DNA from: an uncultured Clostridium sp.
GTDB taxonomy: Bacteria > Bacillota > Clostridia > Lachnospirales > Lachnospiraceae
Reading direction: 5' to 3'
DNA length: 64,000 nucleotides
NCBI GenBank assembly: GCA_947253885.1
Contig: CAMYAO010000002.1
Location: 25,143 to 89,142, forward strand
Of the stretch, positions 30,232 to 41,035 are shown in pieces (the stretch's first letter is position 1; the number at the start of each line of letters is the position of its first letter). The notes below the pieces were generated by a model, which had not been told where the DNA came from, did no database searches, and was given only the letters and a program-made list of their open reading frames with translations. A program made the position numbers and the translations under genes.

Positions 30232-30267
30232 AAAAAAGGCTGAGATTTCGCAACCTCAACCTTTTTT
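30232..30267 (-). terminator. Rho-independent terminator downstream of rpmE
   Basis: On the minus strand: GGTTGAG...CTCAGCC stem (one G.U pair) followed by TTTTTTCTTTT. Confidence 0.45.
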
Positions 30268-30288
30268 CATCGCAATGATATGCAATAA

Positions 30289-30486
30289 TTACATACCATA
30301 TCTCTTATTAAACTTGTCAATACGACCGCGAGCTTGAGCTGCTTTCTGCTGTCCTGTATAAAATGGATGGCATTTAGAACAGATTTCTACATGGATATCC
30401 TCCTTTGTAGAACCAGTAGTAAATGTATTTCCGCAGTTGCAAGTTACGGTTGCCTGATGATAATCAGGATGGATTCCTTCACGCAT
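30289..30486 (-). CDS. rpmE: 50S ribosomal protein L31 (Zn-ribbon type)
   Basis: [10 protein letters not shown]...CNCGNTF...[10 protein letters not shown], the canonical L31 with its CxxC pairs. Confidence 0.9.
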   Translation of the reverse strand: MREGIHPDYHQATVTCNCGNTFTTGSTKEDIHVEICSKCHPFYTGQQKAAQARGRIDKFNKRYGM

Positions 30487-30606
30487 TTATTTCACCTCAC
30501 ATACCAAATTTCTTTGTTTTCTACCAAGTAAAAAAGGTCCGTCGAAAACAATAAACTTGTTTCTATAAGTCAGACTATCTGACAATAGATAGATTATAGC
30601 ATAGAG

Positions 30607-31980
30607 CTATTTGTCATGCAAGTGATTTAATGCACCTTTTTTCACGCTTTGTACAAATTCAAAATTCGTTTTTGTCTTTGCAAACAATTTTGTAATAGTC
30701 TCTACTGCATCTTCCGACTTCATGGATTGGATATGACTGCGCATTATTAAAACCGCTTCCGCCTCTTCCTTTGACAGGAGTAAATCTTCCCTTCTTGTTC
30801 CGGATTTTATAATATCAAATGCAGGGAACACTCTCCTCTCGGATAATTTGCGGTCTAATATCAGCTCCATATTACCAGTTCCTTTAAATTCTTCATAAAC
30901 AACATCGTCCATTTTACTTCCGGTATCCACTAAAGCTGTTGCAAGGATCGTCAGACTGCCTCCTCCCCTCATATTTCTAGCTGCTCCGAAAAAACGTTTC
31001 GGCATATGAAGTGCTGCAGGATCCAGTCCTCCGGATAAAGTTCTGCCACTCGGTGGCACTACCAGATTGTATGCTCTTGCCAAACGGGTAATACTGTCTA
31101 ATAAGATTACAACATCCTTCTTGTGTTCTACCAAACGTTTTGCACGCTCAATTACCATCTCTGATACTCTTCTGTGATGTTCCGGCAATTCATCAAATGT
31201 AGAATAGATGACCTCTACATTTTCTCCCTCAATCGCCTCTTTTATATCTGTCACTTCCTCCGGACGCTCATCAATCAGCAAGATAATCAAATGCATATCC
31301 ATATGATTGGTTCTGATACTTTTTGCCACCTGTTTCAGCAAGGTAGTCTTTCCGGCTTTCGGAGGAGATACGATCATTCCTCTTTGTCCCTTCCCAACCG
31401 GAGCCACCAGATCCATAATTCTCATTGCAGTAGAGGACCTTGCTGTTTCCAATTTAATCCTTTGATTCGGAAAAATCGGTGTCAGTTCTTCAAAACTTTG
31501 ACGTTTACTTGCTTCATAGGGAGGATATCCATTTACGTCTGATACGAACAATAATGCACTGAACTTTTCTCCCTGTGATTTTAATCTTGTATTCCCGCTA
31601 ATAATATCTCCTGTTTTTAAATTGAAACGGCGAATCAAAGATGGAGATACATACACATCATTATCTCCCGGCATATAGTTTTCACAACGAATAAATCCAT
31701 ATCCGTCCGGCAATACTTCCAGTATCCCGTTAGCCCTTTCCCCCGTATCAAACTCCGATTCCTCTCTTCTGATACTTCCGGTGCGTTCTTCTTGTTTTTT
31801 CTCATTTTTTTCTACTGCTTTATCCGATGTCGTCTCTGTTTTATTCTTATCCGCTTCATCTGCCTGCAACATTGCCTCGATCAGATCTGCCTTTTTAAAC
31901 GCGGACACACCCTTTAATCCTCTTGCTTTTGCTAAATCCTTTAACACGGCAAGGGATAAACTTTCATACTTTTCTCTCAA
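30607..31980 (-). CDS. rho: Transcription termination factor Rho (with an N-terminal extension domain)
   Basis: Rho CSD-like RNA-binding domain, Walker A GKTTLL, Q- and R-loops; 457 aa. Confidence 0.95.
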   Translation of the reverse strand: MREKYESLSLAVLKDLAKARGLKGVSAFKKADLIEAMLQADEADKNKTETTSDKAVEKNEKKQEERTGSIRREESEFDTGERANGILEVLPDGYGFIRCENYMPGDNDVYVSPSLIRRFNLKTGDIISGNTRLKSQGEKFSALLFVSDVNGYPPYEASKRQSFEELTPIFPNQRIKLETARSSTAMRIMDLVAPVGKGQRGMIVSPPKAGKTTLLKQVAKSIRTNHMDMHLIILLIDERPEEVTDIKEAIEGENVEVIYSTFDELPEHHRRVSEMVIERAKRLVEHKKDVVILLDSITRLARAYNLVVPPSGRTLSGGLDPAALHMPKRFFGAARNMRGGGSLTILATALVDTGSKMDDVVYEEFKGTGNMELILDRKLSERRVFPAFDIIKSGTRREDLLLSKEEAEAVLIMRSHIQSMKSEDAVETITKLFAKTKTNFEFVQSVKKGALNHLHDK

Positions 31981-32155
31981 AAATAACTCCTTAATATTAT
32001 GTTGTTCGTAAATGGAAATATAATCGATGATAATCGATGTGATCTGAATAACTATTCCTATTATAACACTTCATGAGGAAATAGAAAGTGCAATTTTAGA
32101 GATTTAATGATATGATAATTATATTTAAAAATACTCAGCTTAAAAGGAGAATCTC

Positions 32156-33307
32156 ATGAACGCAAGAGAAAAAGCACTTTCCATGCATGCACAATGGAAT
32201 GGAAAGTTAAGTACGGAGGCAAAAGCCCATGTAAACACTCGTGAAGATCTGGCAATCGCTTATACTCCCGGTGTTGCAGAACCATGCAAGGAAATCGAAA
32301 AAAATCCGGAATTAGCCTATACCTATACCATGAAGGCTAATACGGTAGCTGTTATCTCTGACGGAAGCGCCGTTTTAGGACTAGGCAATATCGGCGGACT
32401 GGCTTCCCTGCCCGTTATGGAAGGAAAGTCAGTTTTATTCAAGGAATTCGGCGGGGTCAATTCCGTTCCGATCGTATTGGATACTCAGGACACAGAAGAA
32501 ATCATAAAGGTAATCAAAGCCATTGCACCTGCATACGGCGGAATCAATTTGGAGGATATAGCAGCTCCAAAATGTTTTGAAATCGAAGAACGATTAAAAC
32601 AGGAATTATCAATCCCTGTTTTTCATGACGATCAGCACGGAACAGCAATCGTCGTACTTGCCGCTCTGATTAATGCACTTAGAATTGTAAAAAAGAAAAA
32701 AGAGGAGATCAAGATTGTATTAAACGGTCCCGGTTCCGCCGGAATCGCAATCACCAAACTTCTTTTGCGCTACGGTTGTAAGCATATCACGTTATGTAAT
32801 CGCCGCGGTATGTTAAACAAAGATATGGATGGTCTGAACTGGATGCAGCAAAAGATGACAGATGTAACCAATCTGGAAGGAAGAAGCGGTACACTTGCAG
32901 ATGCTGTAGCAGGTGCCGATGTTTTTATCGGCGTATCCGGTCCCGGTCTATTGACTCAGGATATGGTACGTTCCATGAATACGGATTCCATTATTTTTGC
33001 AATGGCAAATCCTGTTCCGGAGATTCTGCCAGATGAAGCCAAACAGGCAGGTGCAAGAATTGTCGGAACCGGTCGAAGTGATTTTCCGAATCAGATCAAT
33101 AACGTTGTTGCTTTTCCGGGGATTTTCAAGGGTGCACTGGAGGCACGTGCAGAACAGATCACAGAAGATATGAAGCTGGCTGCAGCTGTTGCAATTGCGG
33201 AACTGGTAAGTGACAGTGAATTAAATGAAGAGTTCATTATGCCGGAAGCATTTAATCCGGAGGTTGCAGACAAAGTAGCGGAATCTGTAAAGAAATATGT
33301 AAAATAG
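32156..33307 (+). CDS. NAD(P)-dependent malic enzyme (oxaloacetate-decarboxylating malate dehydrogenase)
   Basis: Malic enzyme N-terminal and NAD-binding domains (LAIAYTPGVAEPC, GPGSAGIAI); 383 aa. Confidence 0.85.
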   Translation: MNAREKALSMHAQWNGKLSTEAKAHVNTREDLAIAYTPGVAEPCKEIEKNPELAYTYTMKANTVAVISDGSAVLGLGNIGGLASLPVMEGKSVLFKEFGGVNSVPIVLDTQDTEEIIKVIKAIAPAYGGINLEDIAAPKCFEIEERLKQELSIPVFHDDQHGTAIVVLAALINALRIVKKKKEEIKIVLNGPGSAGIAITKLLLRYGCKHITLCNRRGMLNKDMDGLNWMQQKMTDVTNLEGRSGTLADAVAGADVFIGVSGPGLLTQDMVRSMNTDSIIFAMANPVPEILPDEAKQAGARIVGTGRSDFPNQINNVVAFPGIFKGALEARAEQITEDMKLAAAVAIAELVSDSELNEEFIMPEAFNPEVADKVAESVKKYVK

Positions 33308-33322
33308 GAAGAAACAGATTAT

Positions 33323-33838
33323 ATGGCAGATACTTCAACTTTATATCGTTTAATTATTCTACAGATATTGGATCAGGCTTCTTTTCCGCTTTCCAATACA
33401 CAGATAACCAATTTTATTTTAGATAAGGACTATACCAGCTACTTTAAGGTACAACAGGTTTTTTTAGATCTGCTCGGTTCTGACTTGATTGTTGCCGAAT
33501 CTACCAGAAGTAATACTATTTACCATATTACAGAGGATGGCAGAGACACACTTAATTTCTTTCGTTCCAAGATTTCAGATGAAATCAAAGCGGATATTGC
33601 TCTCTTTTTGGATAAGAATCATAATCTATTAAAGGAAGAAACCTCTATTCTTTCCAATTATTATCTCTGTAAAGACGGAAGTTATACGGTAGAATGTCAA
33701 ATTTTAGAAGAACAATCTTCTATTTTAAATCTGACTATGCATGTTGCAACAAAAGAACAAGCTGATACCATCTGTAAAAATTGGAAAGTGGAACATATTG
33801 ATGTCTATACTTCCTTAGTAGATCGACTCTTACAATAG
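33323..33838 (+). CDS. Hypothetical protein (possibly DUF4364/PadR-like winged helix); function unknown
   Basis: 171-aa ORF 15 nt after the malic enzyme stop. The N-terminus LYRLIILQILDQASFPLSNTQI resembles PadR-type helix-turn-helix regions. No catalytic motifs. Confidence 0.4.
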   Translation: MADTSTLYRLIILQILDQASFPLSNTQITNFILDKDYTSYFKVQQVFLDLLGSDLIVAESTRSNTIYHITEDGRDTLNFFRSKISDEIKADIALFLDKNHNLLKEETSILSNYYLCKDGSYTVECQILEEQSSILNLTMHVATKEQADTICKNWKVEHIDVYTSLVDRLLQ

Positions 33839-33846
33839 TAATAACA

Positions 33847-33892
33847 AAAAAGAAGTGCTTTTCCTGTTCGGGAAAACACTTCTTTTTTTTAT
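33847..33892. terminator. Bidirectional terminator between the convergent hypothetical gene (+) and the flavin reductase gene (-)
   Basis: AAAAAAGAAGTGCTTTTCC...GGGAAAACACTTCTTTTTTTT, flanked by an A-run and a T-run. Confidence 0.45.
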
Positions 33893-34458
33893 TTTTTATG
33901 TTTTTTTATACTATATCCGAATTTTCCGAGATATTTCCCTAATGAAAAATATTCTCCATGTGAATAAGCAATTAAATTCAACTTTTCTAAATGAAACTTT
34001 CCGTTTCTGTCAATTGCAGAACTATCCACTGCAACCGCCTTTACCTCTGCAAGAAACATATCATGACTTCCCAACTCTATAATCTGCTTTACCTTACATT
34101 CAATATTAACAGGTGATTCTTCTATAGAAGGTGCTGCAACTGTCTTAGACGAAATCGGTGTCAACCCCACAGATTGAAACTTATGCTCTTGGGCACCGGA
34201 ACGAACTCCGCAATAATCTGTCTCTCTTACCAGATTTTCTGTTGTCAGATTGATTACAAATTCACCTGTCTCTTTGATAATAGAATAAGAATAGCGAGAC
34301 TTTCGTACCGAAATATATACCATCGGAGGATTGGTACAGACTGTTCCTGTCCATGCAACGGTAATGATGTTCGGCTCTTCCTTTTTTCTGCCGCAGCTAA
34401 CCATCACTGCCGGGAGCGGATACAGCATATTACCGGGTTTCCAATATTGTTTTTTCAT
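33889..34458 (-). CDS. Flavin reductase-like (FMN-binding split-barrel) protein
   Basis: LPAVMVSCG...NIITVAWTG, the flavin_reduct domain signature; 189 aa. Confidence 0.65.
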   Translation of the reverse strand: MKKQYWKPGNMLYPLPAVMVSCGRKKEEPNIITVAWTGTVCTNPPMVYISVRKSRYSYSIIKETGEFVINLTTENLVRETDYCGVRSGAQEHKFQSVGLTPISSKTVAAPSIEESPVNIECKVKQIIELGSHDMFLAEVKAVAVDSSAIDRNGKFHLEKLNLIAYSHGEYFSLGKYLGKFGYSIKKHKK

Positions 34459-34467
34459 TTCAGCTAC

Positions 34468-36126
34468 CTATACCAATGCTGTCAATGTTGCCATAAAACT
34501 CGGAATCAGCTGTTTCTTTCTGGAAACAACCCCTTCCAATATATATTCATTATTAATTTTTTCCTGATGATATGCCATTTTTACAATATCATCAGATTTT
34601 TCACCCAGACAAATCAAATGTGTCGTCTCTTCTATAATGTTAGTCAACATTAAAAACACCATATCTAAGCCCTTTTCCACCAAGACTGTACCAAGATATG
34701 GAAGCAGTCTTTCTTTTACATCGTCCAGTTCTTCCTGTGTCATTGCACTTAATTGTCCCACTCCGAAATCAATACCATTGCTGTTGAACGGTTTAAAATC
34801 CTGATAAAAGATTTCTTGTTCTGTCTTGGATTTGAAATTAGATCCCGCTGCAAACATAGCCTTTGCATGTGTTTCAATGTCTACATCTGCCAGTTTTGCC
34901 AAACGCTCGGCAGCACTTTTATCTTCTTTTGTACAGGTAGGTGAACGAAACATCAGAGTATCTGATAATATTGCAGACAATAGCAATCCCGCTGTCTGTG
35001 AATCTATCTCAATCCGATTTTCATCGTACATTTGTGTTACGATTGTCGCCGTACAGCCTACCGGCTGATTTCTGAAATATACCGGCGACATTGTTTCCAA
35101 ACTGCCGATTCTGTGATGATCGATGATCTCCAGTATATCCGCACCGTCCACACCGGCAACTGCCTGAGATTTCTCGTTATGATCCACAAGAATTAATTGC
35201 TTTTTTCTCAGATTCAACAAATTTCTTCTGGAAATCATACCCACATAGGTCCCATCTTCTTCTATAATGGGAAAGTCACGGTGACGAGACTTGGACATTA
35301 CTTCTTTTATATCGTCAATATAATCTTCCGTATCAAAAGTAATCAGGTTTTCTTTCCTCATAAAATATTTGATCGGCATGCTCTGATTGATCAATCTTGC
35401 AGCAGTATAAGTATCGTATTCCGTTGTGATCAATACACAGTCCATCTGCTTTGCCATAGAAATAATACTTTTGGAAACCTTAGGATTTCCGGCAATTACG
35501 ATACAGCTTGCATTTGCCTGCAAAGCACAGAGTTGAGCTTCATATCTCGTTCCCGTAATCACCAGATCATTATCTTCAATAAACTCTTCCATTACTTCCG
35601 GATTGGCAGCTCCTACCAGCACCTTCCCTCCCGAAAAAATGGCATGCTCATTTCCACAAATCATGGTTCCGTTTAATGTTTCGATAATATTCTGATACGG
35701 TGTTTTCGAACGCGCCAGAATTCGATTATCATACACATCCATATAGGATGTGGCAATATCCGCTGTAATGATCAATCCTTCTAAATAATTTTTGGAATCG
35801 GTAACCGGTAATGTCACCTTATTATTTTCCTTCATCATTTCCCACGCGGCTTTTAGCGAAATTTTCCCACTCACTCCAGGTTTTTTATATATTTCAGCAT
35901 CTAATACCTGTGCTCCGACATCTGTAATCAGATCCGGTTCAGTTACTTCAAAGGCTGACAATACATATTTTGTCTCTTCGTTAATTTCACCGGCACGCTT
36001 AGGTGTATATGCTTTTTTACTTATTTTATTTTTTAATCTGGCATAGGCAATTGCAGAACAGATAGAATCTGTATCCGGATTCTTATGTCCTACTACCCAT
36101 ATACTTTTATCTATTTTCATTCCCAT
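34468..36126 (-). CDS. CBS-domain-containing DHH/DHHA2 phosphoesterase (family II inorganic pyrophosphatase type)
   Basis: N-terminal DHH motifs (VVGHKNPDTDSICSAIAY), an internal CBS pair (DFPIIEEDGTYVGMISRRNL), C-terminal DHHA2; 552 aa. Confidence 0.7.
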   Translation of the reverse strand: MGMKIDKSIWVVGHKNPDTDSICSAIAYARLKNKISKKAYTPKRAGEINEETKYVLSAFEVTEPDLITDVGAQVLDAEIYKKPGVSGKISLKAAWEMMKENNKVTLPVTDSKNYLEGLIITADIATSYMDVYDNRILARSKTPYQNIIETLNGTMICGNEHAIFSGGKVLVGAANPEVMEEFIEDNDLVITGTRYEAQLCALQANASCIVIAGNPKVSKSIISMAKQMDCVLITTEYDTYTAARLINQSMPIKYFMRKENLITFDTEDYIDDIKEVMSKSRHRDFPIIEEDGTYVGMISRRNLLNLRKKQLILVDHNEKSQAVAGVDGADILEIIDHHRIGSLETMSPVYFRNQPVGCTATIVTQMYDENRIEIDSQTAGLLLSAILSDTLMFRSPTCTKEDKSAAERLAKLADVDIETHAKAMFAAGSNFKSKTEQEIFYQDFKPFNSNGIDFGVGQLSAMTQEELDDVKERLLPYLGTVLVEKGLDMVFLMLTNIIEETTHLICLGEKSDDIVKMAYHQEKINNEYILEGVVSRKKQLIPSFMATLTALV

Positions 36127-36129
36127 TGT

Positions 36130-36570
36130 CTATTGTTTTCCTGTGCTTCCAAATCCACCGCGGTTTGTATCAACCAAATGCTCTACTTCTAAAAAATTTA
36201 TCTGTGGCTGATTCTCTACAATACGAAATTGAGCAATTCGATCATTCAACCGAATCACAGTATCTCTGGTTGCATAAACCGGCATTCTCCACATATCATC
36301 GTCTCCGCAATAAGAGCCGTCAATGACTCCCATGCTGTTGGTCTGAAGTATCCCGTAGTTCTTAAAGGTGGAACTGCGCGGAACCAGATGCGCCTCGTAT
36401 CCGATCGGCAGTTTCATTGCGATTCCCAATGGAATCAAACGAAACTCTCCCGCCCTCAGACTCACAGTTTCAGAAGCACGTAAATCAATCCAGTCAGACT
36501 TTCCGTCAATGTAAGCCAACTTATCTATCTGATCTGTAAAATATTTTATTTTTATTTCAGGCATCTTCAT
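36130..36570 (-). CDS. dut: dUTP diphosphatase
   Basis: dUTPase motifs (VPRSSTF, GVIDGSYCG, C-terminal RGGFGSTG). Start set at MKMPEIK (36570) so that the gene does not overlap gpsA by 50 nt. Confidence 0.75.
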   Translation of the reverse strand: MKMPEIKIKYFTDQIDKLAYIDGKSDWIDLRASETVSLRAGEFRLIPLGIAMKLPIGYEAHLVPRSSTFKNYGILQTNSMGVIDGSYCGDDDMWRMPVYATRDTVIRLNDRIAQFRIVENQPQINFLEVEHLVDTNRGGFGSTGKQ

Positions 36571-37579
36571 TCTCCCATAATAACTCTTCATGCTCTGATT
36601 TTTTGTCACGATTCATCAAATTGATTACTGCTTTTCGAACATCATATCCTTCAAACAGAACCTTATTTACTTCTGTCACTATCGGCATATCTACCTTGTA
36701 TTTTAGGGACAATGCCATAGCAGCCTTTGCGGAATAAACGCCTTCTACCACCATCTGCACTTCTTTCATAGCTTCTTCCATAGATTTTCCCTGACCGATC
36801 AGCATGCCGGCTCTGCGATTTCGGCTGTGCTGACTTGCACAGGTAACAATCAAATCTCCCATTCCGGATAATCCGTTCAAGGTCTCGGATTTTGCACCCA
36901 TTTTTACTCCAAGCTGAGAAATTTCTTTAATTCCTCTCGTAATCAATGCAGCTTTAGTATTGTCTCCAAAACCCAATCCGTCTGCCATACCGGCAGCCAG
37001 TGCAATCACATTCTTTAGAGCCGCTCCCAGTTCAATCCCTAAAATATCCGGACTGGTATATACACGAAATACATCATTCATAAAATATTCCTGAATCTTT
37101 TCCGCTGTTTTTCGTTCTCGTGCACCTGCTACAATTGTGGTCGGAAGTCCTCTTCCCACTTCTTCAGCATGGGACGGTCCGGATAAGACCGCAATATTTC
37201 CCTGAGGCAATTCCTGTTCCAGTATATCCGACATAATAGATAAAGTGACTTCCTCTACTCCCTTTGATGCGACAACAATCAGCTGTCCGTTTTCTACAAA
37301 CGTCTGCATATCTTTTGCAGTACCTCTCACAAACGGAGAAGGGACTACCACCACCACCATTTCTTTCCCTTCGATAGAAGCTTTCAGATCTGTTGTAAAA
37401 CTGATATTGTCGGGAATTTTTACCCCCGGAAGTTTATCTTTATGCTCATGATATGTATTCAGCATGGTTACCTCTTCTTCTATAACTGACCATACCGTTA
37501 CATTATGACCGTTGTTTGCAAGTACAATTGCTAATGCAGTCCCCCAGCTTCCAGCTCCTATTACGCCTAATTCTGCCAT
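36557..37579 (-). CDS. gpsA: NAD(P)H-dependent glycerol-3-phosphate dehydrogenase
   Basis: MAELGVIGAGSWGTALA Rossmann N-terminus; GpsA family. Confidence 0.9.
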   Translation of the reverse strand: MAELGVIGAGSWGTALAIVLANNGHNVTVWSVIEEEVTMLNTYHEHKDKLPGVKIPDNISFTTDLKASIEGKEMVVVVVPSPFVRGTAKDMQTFVENGQLIVVASKGVEEVTLSIMSDILEQELPQGNIAVLSGPSHAEEVGRGLPTTIVAGARERKTAEKIQEYFMNDVFRVYTSPDILGIELGAALKNVIALAAGMADGLGFGDNTKAALITRGIKEISQLGVKMGAKSETLNGLSGMGDLIVTCASQHSRNRRAGMLIGQGKSMEEAMKEVQMVVEGVYSAKAAMALSLKYKVDMPIVTEVNKVLFEGYDVRKAVINLMNRDKKSEHEELLWENEDA

Positions 37580-37605
37580 GATACTGATACCTCCTCACAT
37601 ATTGC

Positions 37606-38253
37606 TTATTTGTTGCCTTTTGGACGAAATTTGTTTTCTTCTCCTCTTATTAATCTTCTGATATTATCCTTATGCTTTATAAATGCCAAAATCGTTAAAA
37701 TAATAGTTATAAAATATAATTCCGTCAGAAATGTCTGTGCAAGATGCAACCAGCCCATCTGTCCGAATAACAGTACCTGCAATAAAAATCCGCCGGAAAT
37801 CATAAGCGAGCCAAGCGACATAAATCCGGTAGGGATTACCGCTGCAAAGAACAGAACAGCACAGACCGGCACCATAAGCGGATGAAATGCACATACAATC
37901 CCTACCGTACATGCAATCCCCTTTCCACCTTTAAATTTCAAATAAAACGGAAAGTTGTGTCCCAACACCGCACCTAAACCTGCATACATTTGAAGCAATT
38001 TCCATCCCGACGGATAGACCGTTCGAAATAATAACCATGCAACTATCATTGCCAGCACTGCCTTGAAAATATCACCTGCACTGACTATCACTCCTGCTTT
38101 CCAACCCAGAACACGAATAGAATTTGTCATTCCGGTATTCCCGCTTCCCTGCTTTCTGAGATCGGTATGCTTCATCTTTCCATAAAATAGTCCTGTCTGA
38201 AAGAGTCCTGCAATATAACCGATTGCAAGACATATCACACGAGCCGTTATCAT
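37606..38253 (-). CDS. plsY: Glycerol-3-phosphate acyltransferase PlsY
   Basis: [13 protein letters not shown] and GGKGIA motifs of PlsY; ATGA overlap with the der stop. Confidence 0.9.
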   Translation of the reverse strand: MITARVICLAIGYIAGLFQTGLFYGKMKHTDLRKQGSGNTGMTNSIRVLGWKAGVIVSAGDIFKAVLAMIVAWLLFRTVYPSGWKLLQMYAGLGAVLGHNFPFYLKFKGGKGIACTVGIVCAFHPLMVPVCAVLFFAAVIPTGFMSLGSLMISGGFLLQVLLFGQMGWLHLAQTFLTELYFITIILTILAFIKHKDNIRRLIRGEENKFRPKGNK

Positions 38254-39578
38254 TTCCTGTCTTCCTTTCTTTCACGGATAATAAATTTTAATGATGTTCC
38301 CATAAAACCGAAGCTGTCTCTGATACGATTTTCAATGTAGCGCGTATAGGAAAAATGCATCAGCTTTTTATCATTTACAAAAATAACAAAAGTTGGAGGT
38401 TTTACACTCACCTGTGTCATATAGAAAATCTTTAAACGGCGTCCGCGATCCGATGGTGGTTGTTGCATCACAACTGCTTCCATTAATATTTCATTTAATA
38501 CACCGGTCTGAATTCTCATAGAATTATTTTCTACTACAACATCTATCATATCATATAATTTATGTAATCGCTGTCCCGTTTGGGCAGATACAAACATAAT
38601 CTCCGCATAGCTCATAAAACTGAGTGTTTGTCTAATCTTATCCGTATACTGATAAACAGACTTGTCATTTTTCTCAATCGCATCCCACTTATTTACGACA
38701 ATAATAATTCCCTTGCCACGTTCATGTGCGATTCCGGCAATTTTTGCATCCTGCTCTGTAATACCCTCTGTTGCATCTATCACCATTAACACGACATCTG
38801 CTCTTTCCACTGCAGTTACAGCTCTGATAATACTAAACCGTTCAATCTCTTCTTTAATTTTATTCTTTCGTCGCAGACCTGCCGTATCAATAAATATATA
38901 CTCTTTCCCATTATATCGAACATCCGTATCGATCGCATCTCTGGTCGTTCCTGCAATATCTGACACGATGACACGATTTTCTCCGCATAGTTTATTAATA
39001 ATTGATGATTTCCCAACATTCGGCTTACCTACGATTGCCACTTTGGTACGGTCATCTTCCTCTTCTTCATCTTCAGTATCCGGGAAATATTTTACAACTT
39101 CTTCAAGCATATCTCCCAACCCTAGCATAGAGGTAGAAGAAATCGGAATCGGATCCCCTATTCCCAAATTGTAAAACTCATATACATCCGGCATATATTT
39201 TTGATAACTGTCCACTTTATTCACGACCAACACAATCGGTTTTCCACTGCGTCTCAGCATATCCGCCACTTTTGCATCGGAATCTACCAGCCCCTGATGT
39301 ACATCTACCATAAAGATAATAACATCTGCTGTCTCAATTGCAATCTCCGCCTGTTCTCTCATCTGAGCCAAAATAACATCTTTTGTATTCGGCTCAATTC
39401 CTCCTGTATCAATCATTGTAAAATGATAATTCAGCCACTCAATGTCGGCATAGATCCTGTCTCTGGTAACACCCGGAGTATCCTTCACAATCGAGATCCG
39501 CTCTCCTGCCAAAGTATTAAATAGTGTAGATTTTCCAACATTTGGACGTCCTACCACTGCAACTACTGGTTTACTCAT
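38250..39578 (-). CDS. der: Ribosome-associated GTPase Der (EngA), tandem G domains plus a KH-like domain
   Basis: Two GxxxxGKS P-loops ([18 protein letters not shown]). Start set at [10 protein letters not shown] (39578), with AAAGGAGA 8 nt upstream. The ORF-track start at 39632 overlaps the upstream gene. Confidence 0.9.
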   Translation of the reverse strand: MSKPVVAVVGRPNVGKSTLFNTLAGERISIVKDTPGVTRDRIYADIEWLNYHFTMIDTGGIEPNTKDVILAQMREQAEIAIETADVIIFMVDVHQGLVDSDAKVADMLRRSGKPIVLVVNKVDSYQKYMPDVYEFYNLGIGDPIPISSTSMLGLGDMLEEVVKYFPDTEDEEEEDDRTKVAIVGKPNVGKSSIINKLCGENRVIVSDIAGTTRDAIDTDVRYNGKEYIFIDTAGLRRKNKIKEEIERFSIIRAVTAVERADVVLMVIDATEGITEQDAKIAGIAHERGKGIIIVVNKWDAIEKNDKSVYQYTDKIRQTLSFMSYAEIMFVSAQTGQRLHKLYDMIDVVVENNSMRIQTGVLNEILMEAVVMQQPPSDRGRRLKIFYMTQVSVKPPTFVIFVNDKKLMHFSYTRYIENRIRDSFGFMGTSLKFIIRERKEDRK

Positions 39579-40899
39579 TTGCCTGTTCTCCTTTAAAAGC
39601 CTGTACCAAATCCCTTCCATCTGTTCCGACAATCGTGATTGGAACGTTCAGCTTATCTGATAACTCTTGTTTCGTCATATCATCTAAAAATACATCTTCT
39701 CCGGTACGAAGCATATTAATTGGCAACAATAATTCTGCTCCGATCTCTACATCTGATAATTGTTTTTCCAAATCCTGTCCGGTAATCAGACCGGACACTG
39801 TAATATCTTCCCCGAAAAAATCATTTCGAATCTCATATACATGGATAACTGTAGATGGAACTCTCTCCATATAAAACTCTGATAACCGTTTAATCAATGG
39901 AGCTGCCAATTTTCCGGTCGCCACACTGATTGTTTTTTGTTCCGTCGGTAAATCATCTTCTTCCCTCAAACAATCACAAAACTCCGTTTCCAATAACTGA
40001 CACATTCCCACTCCGTTTTCTAATTGAATGTATCCATCATAAGTTTCCGGCTTTGGATAGGGTTCGTTCGCCATAATATACCACTCATCGCTTGCATGTA
40101 TAAAATGGTTATGATAATGCTCATAACAATAAGACTGCCATTTGTGAACCGTCGCAAGCAAAGCCTTCACGTCATCAGAAGTAAATTTCTGCGCCGGATA
40201 CAATCCGTCGCGAAATTTCGTCAACCCCATTGGGACAATAGAAAGACTCTGCATGCTGGGGATATATTGTACCAGATCGGAAATCGACCGTTCTAATTCC
40301 TCTCCGTCATTTACTCCTTTACATAATACAATTTGTGCGTTCATTTCAATTCCTGCATCTGAAAATTGTTTCAAACGTTTCAGAGAATCTCCTGCAAATC
40401 GATTGTGCAACATTTTTTTTCGTAATTCCGGATTTGTTGTATGTACTGATATATTAATTGGACCGAGTTTATATTTTATAATACGATTGACGTCTGCATC
40501 TTTCATGTTGGTCAAAGTAATATAATTGCCCTGAAGAAAAGACAATCTGGAATCATCGTCTTTAAAATACAAAGTATCTCTCATATTGGGAGGCATCTGG
40601 TCAATGAAACAAAAAATACAATTATTTGTGCAGGATCTGTAATCATCCATAAGACCGTTTTCAAACTCAATTCCAAGATCTTCGTAATAGTCTTTTTCTA
40701 TTTCAAATTCCCACTCTTCTCCATTTTGTTTTTCTATCAATATGGTCAGAAAATCATCATTGATCAAAAAATGATAATCGAACACATCTTCCAATGGCTG
40801 ATTATTTACAGATAACAAAAAATCACCTGCTTCTATGCCTAATTCCTCTGCAATACTTTCAGGAACAATATTGGATATTACTTGCTTTTTCAGTTTCAT
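39571..40899 (-). CDS. DUF512 domain protein (PDZ-like N-terminus plus a radical-SAM-like core)
   Basis: CTNNCIFCF (CxxxCxxC-like) region preceded by a PDZ-like N-terminus. This family typically lies upstream of der in Firmicutes. Confidence 0.6.
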   Translation of the reverse strand: MKLKKQVISNIVPESIAEELGIEAGDFLLSVNNQPLEDVFDYHFLINDDFLTILIEKQNGEEWEFEIEKDYYEDLGIEFENGLMDDYRSCTNNCIFCFIDQMPPNMRDTLYFKDDDSRLSFLQGNYITLTNMKDADVNRIIKYKLGPINISVHTTNPELRKKMLHNRFAGDSLKRLKQFSDAGIEMNAQIVLCKGVNDGEELERSISDLVQYIPSMQSLSIVPMGLTKFRDGLYPAQKFTSDDVKALLATVHKWQSYCYEHYHNHFIHASDEWYIMANEPYPKPETYDGYIQLENGVGMCQLLETEFCDCLREEDDLPTEQKTISVATGKLAAPLIKRLSEFYMERVPSTVIHVYEIRNDFFGEDITVSGLITGQDLEKQLSDVEIGAELLLPINMLRTGEDVFLDDMTKQELSDKLNVPITIVGTDGRDLVQAFKGEQANE

Positions 40900-41035
40900 A
40901 TTACTCCTAAATTACTCGATTTTAACAGAAAACTTTTTTCATCAATCTGTGCGTCCTTACTATAATAGCAAAAAGAGCCCTATCTGTAAATTACAGATAG
41001 GACTCTTTTCATTTAACAGGTACCGTAGATTCAGC

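Noticed and set aside
30545-30585. Palindromes GAAACAAGTTTATTGTTTTC and GTCAGATAGTCTGAC between rho and rpmE as a possible sRNA or attenuator
   Set aside because: They are short, AT-rich and lack a flanking U-tract or a promoter consensus. They are more likely a weak rho-3' hairpin; there is not enough evidence for a feature call.
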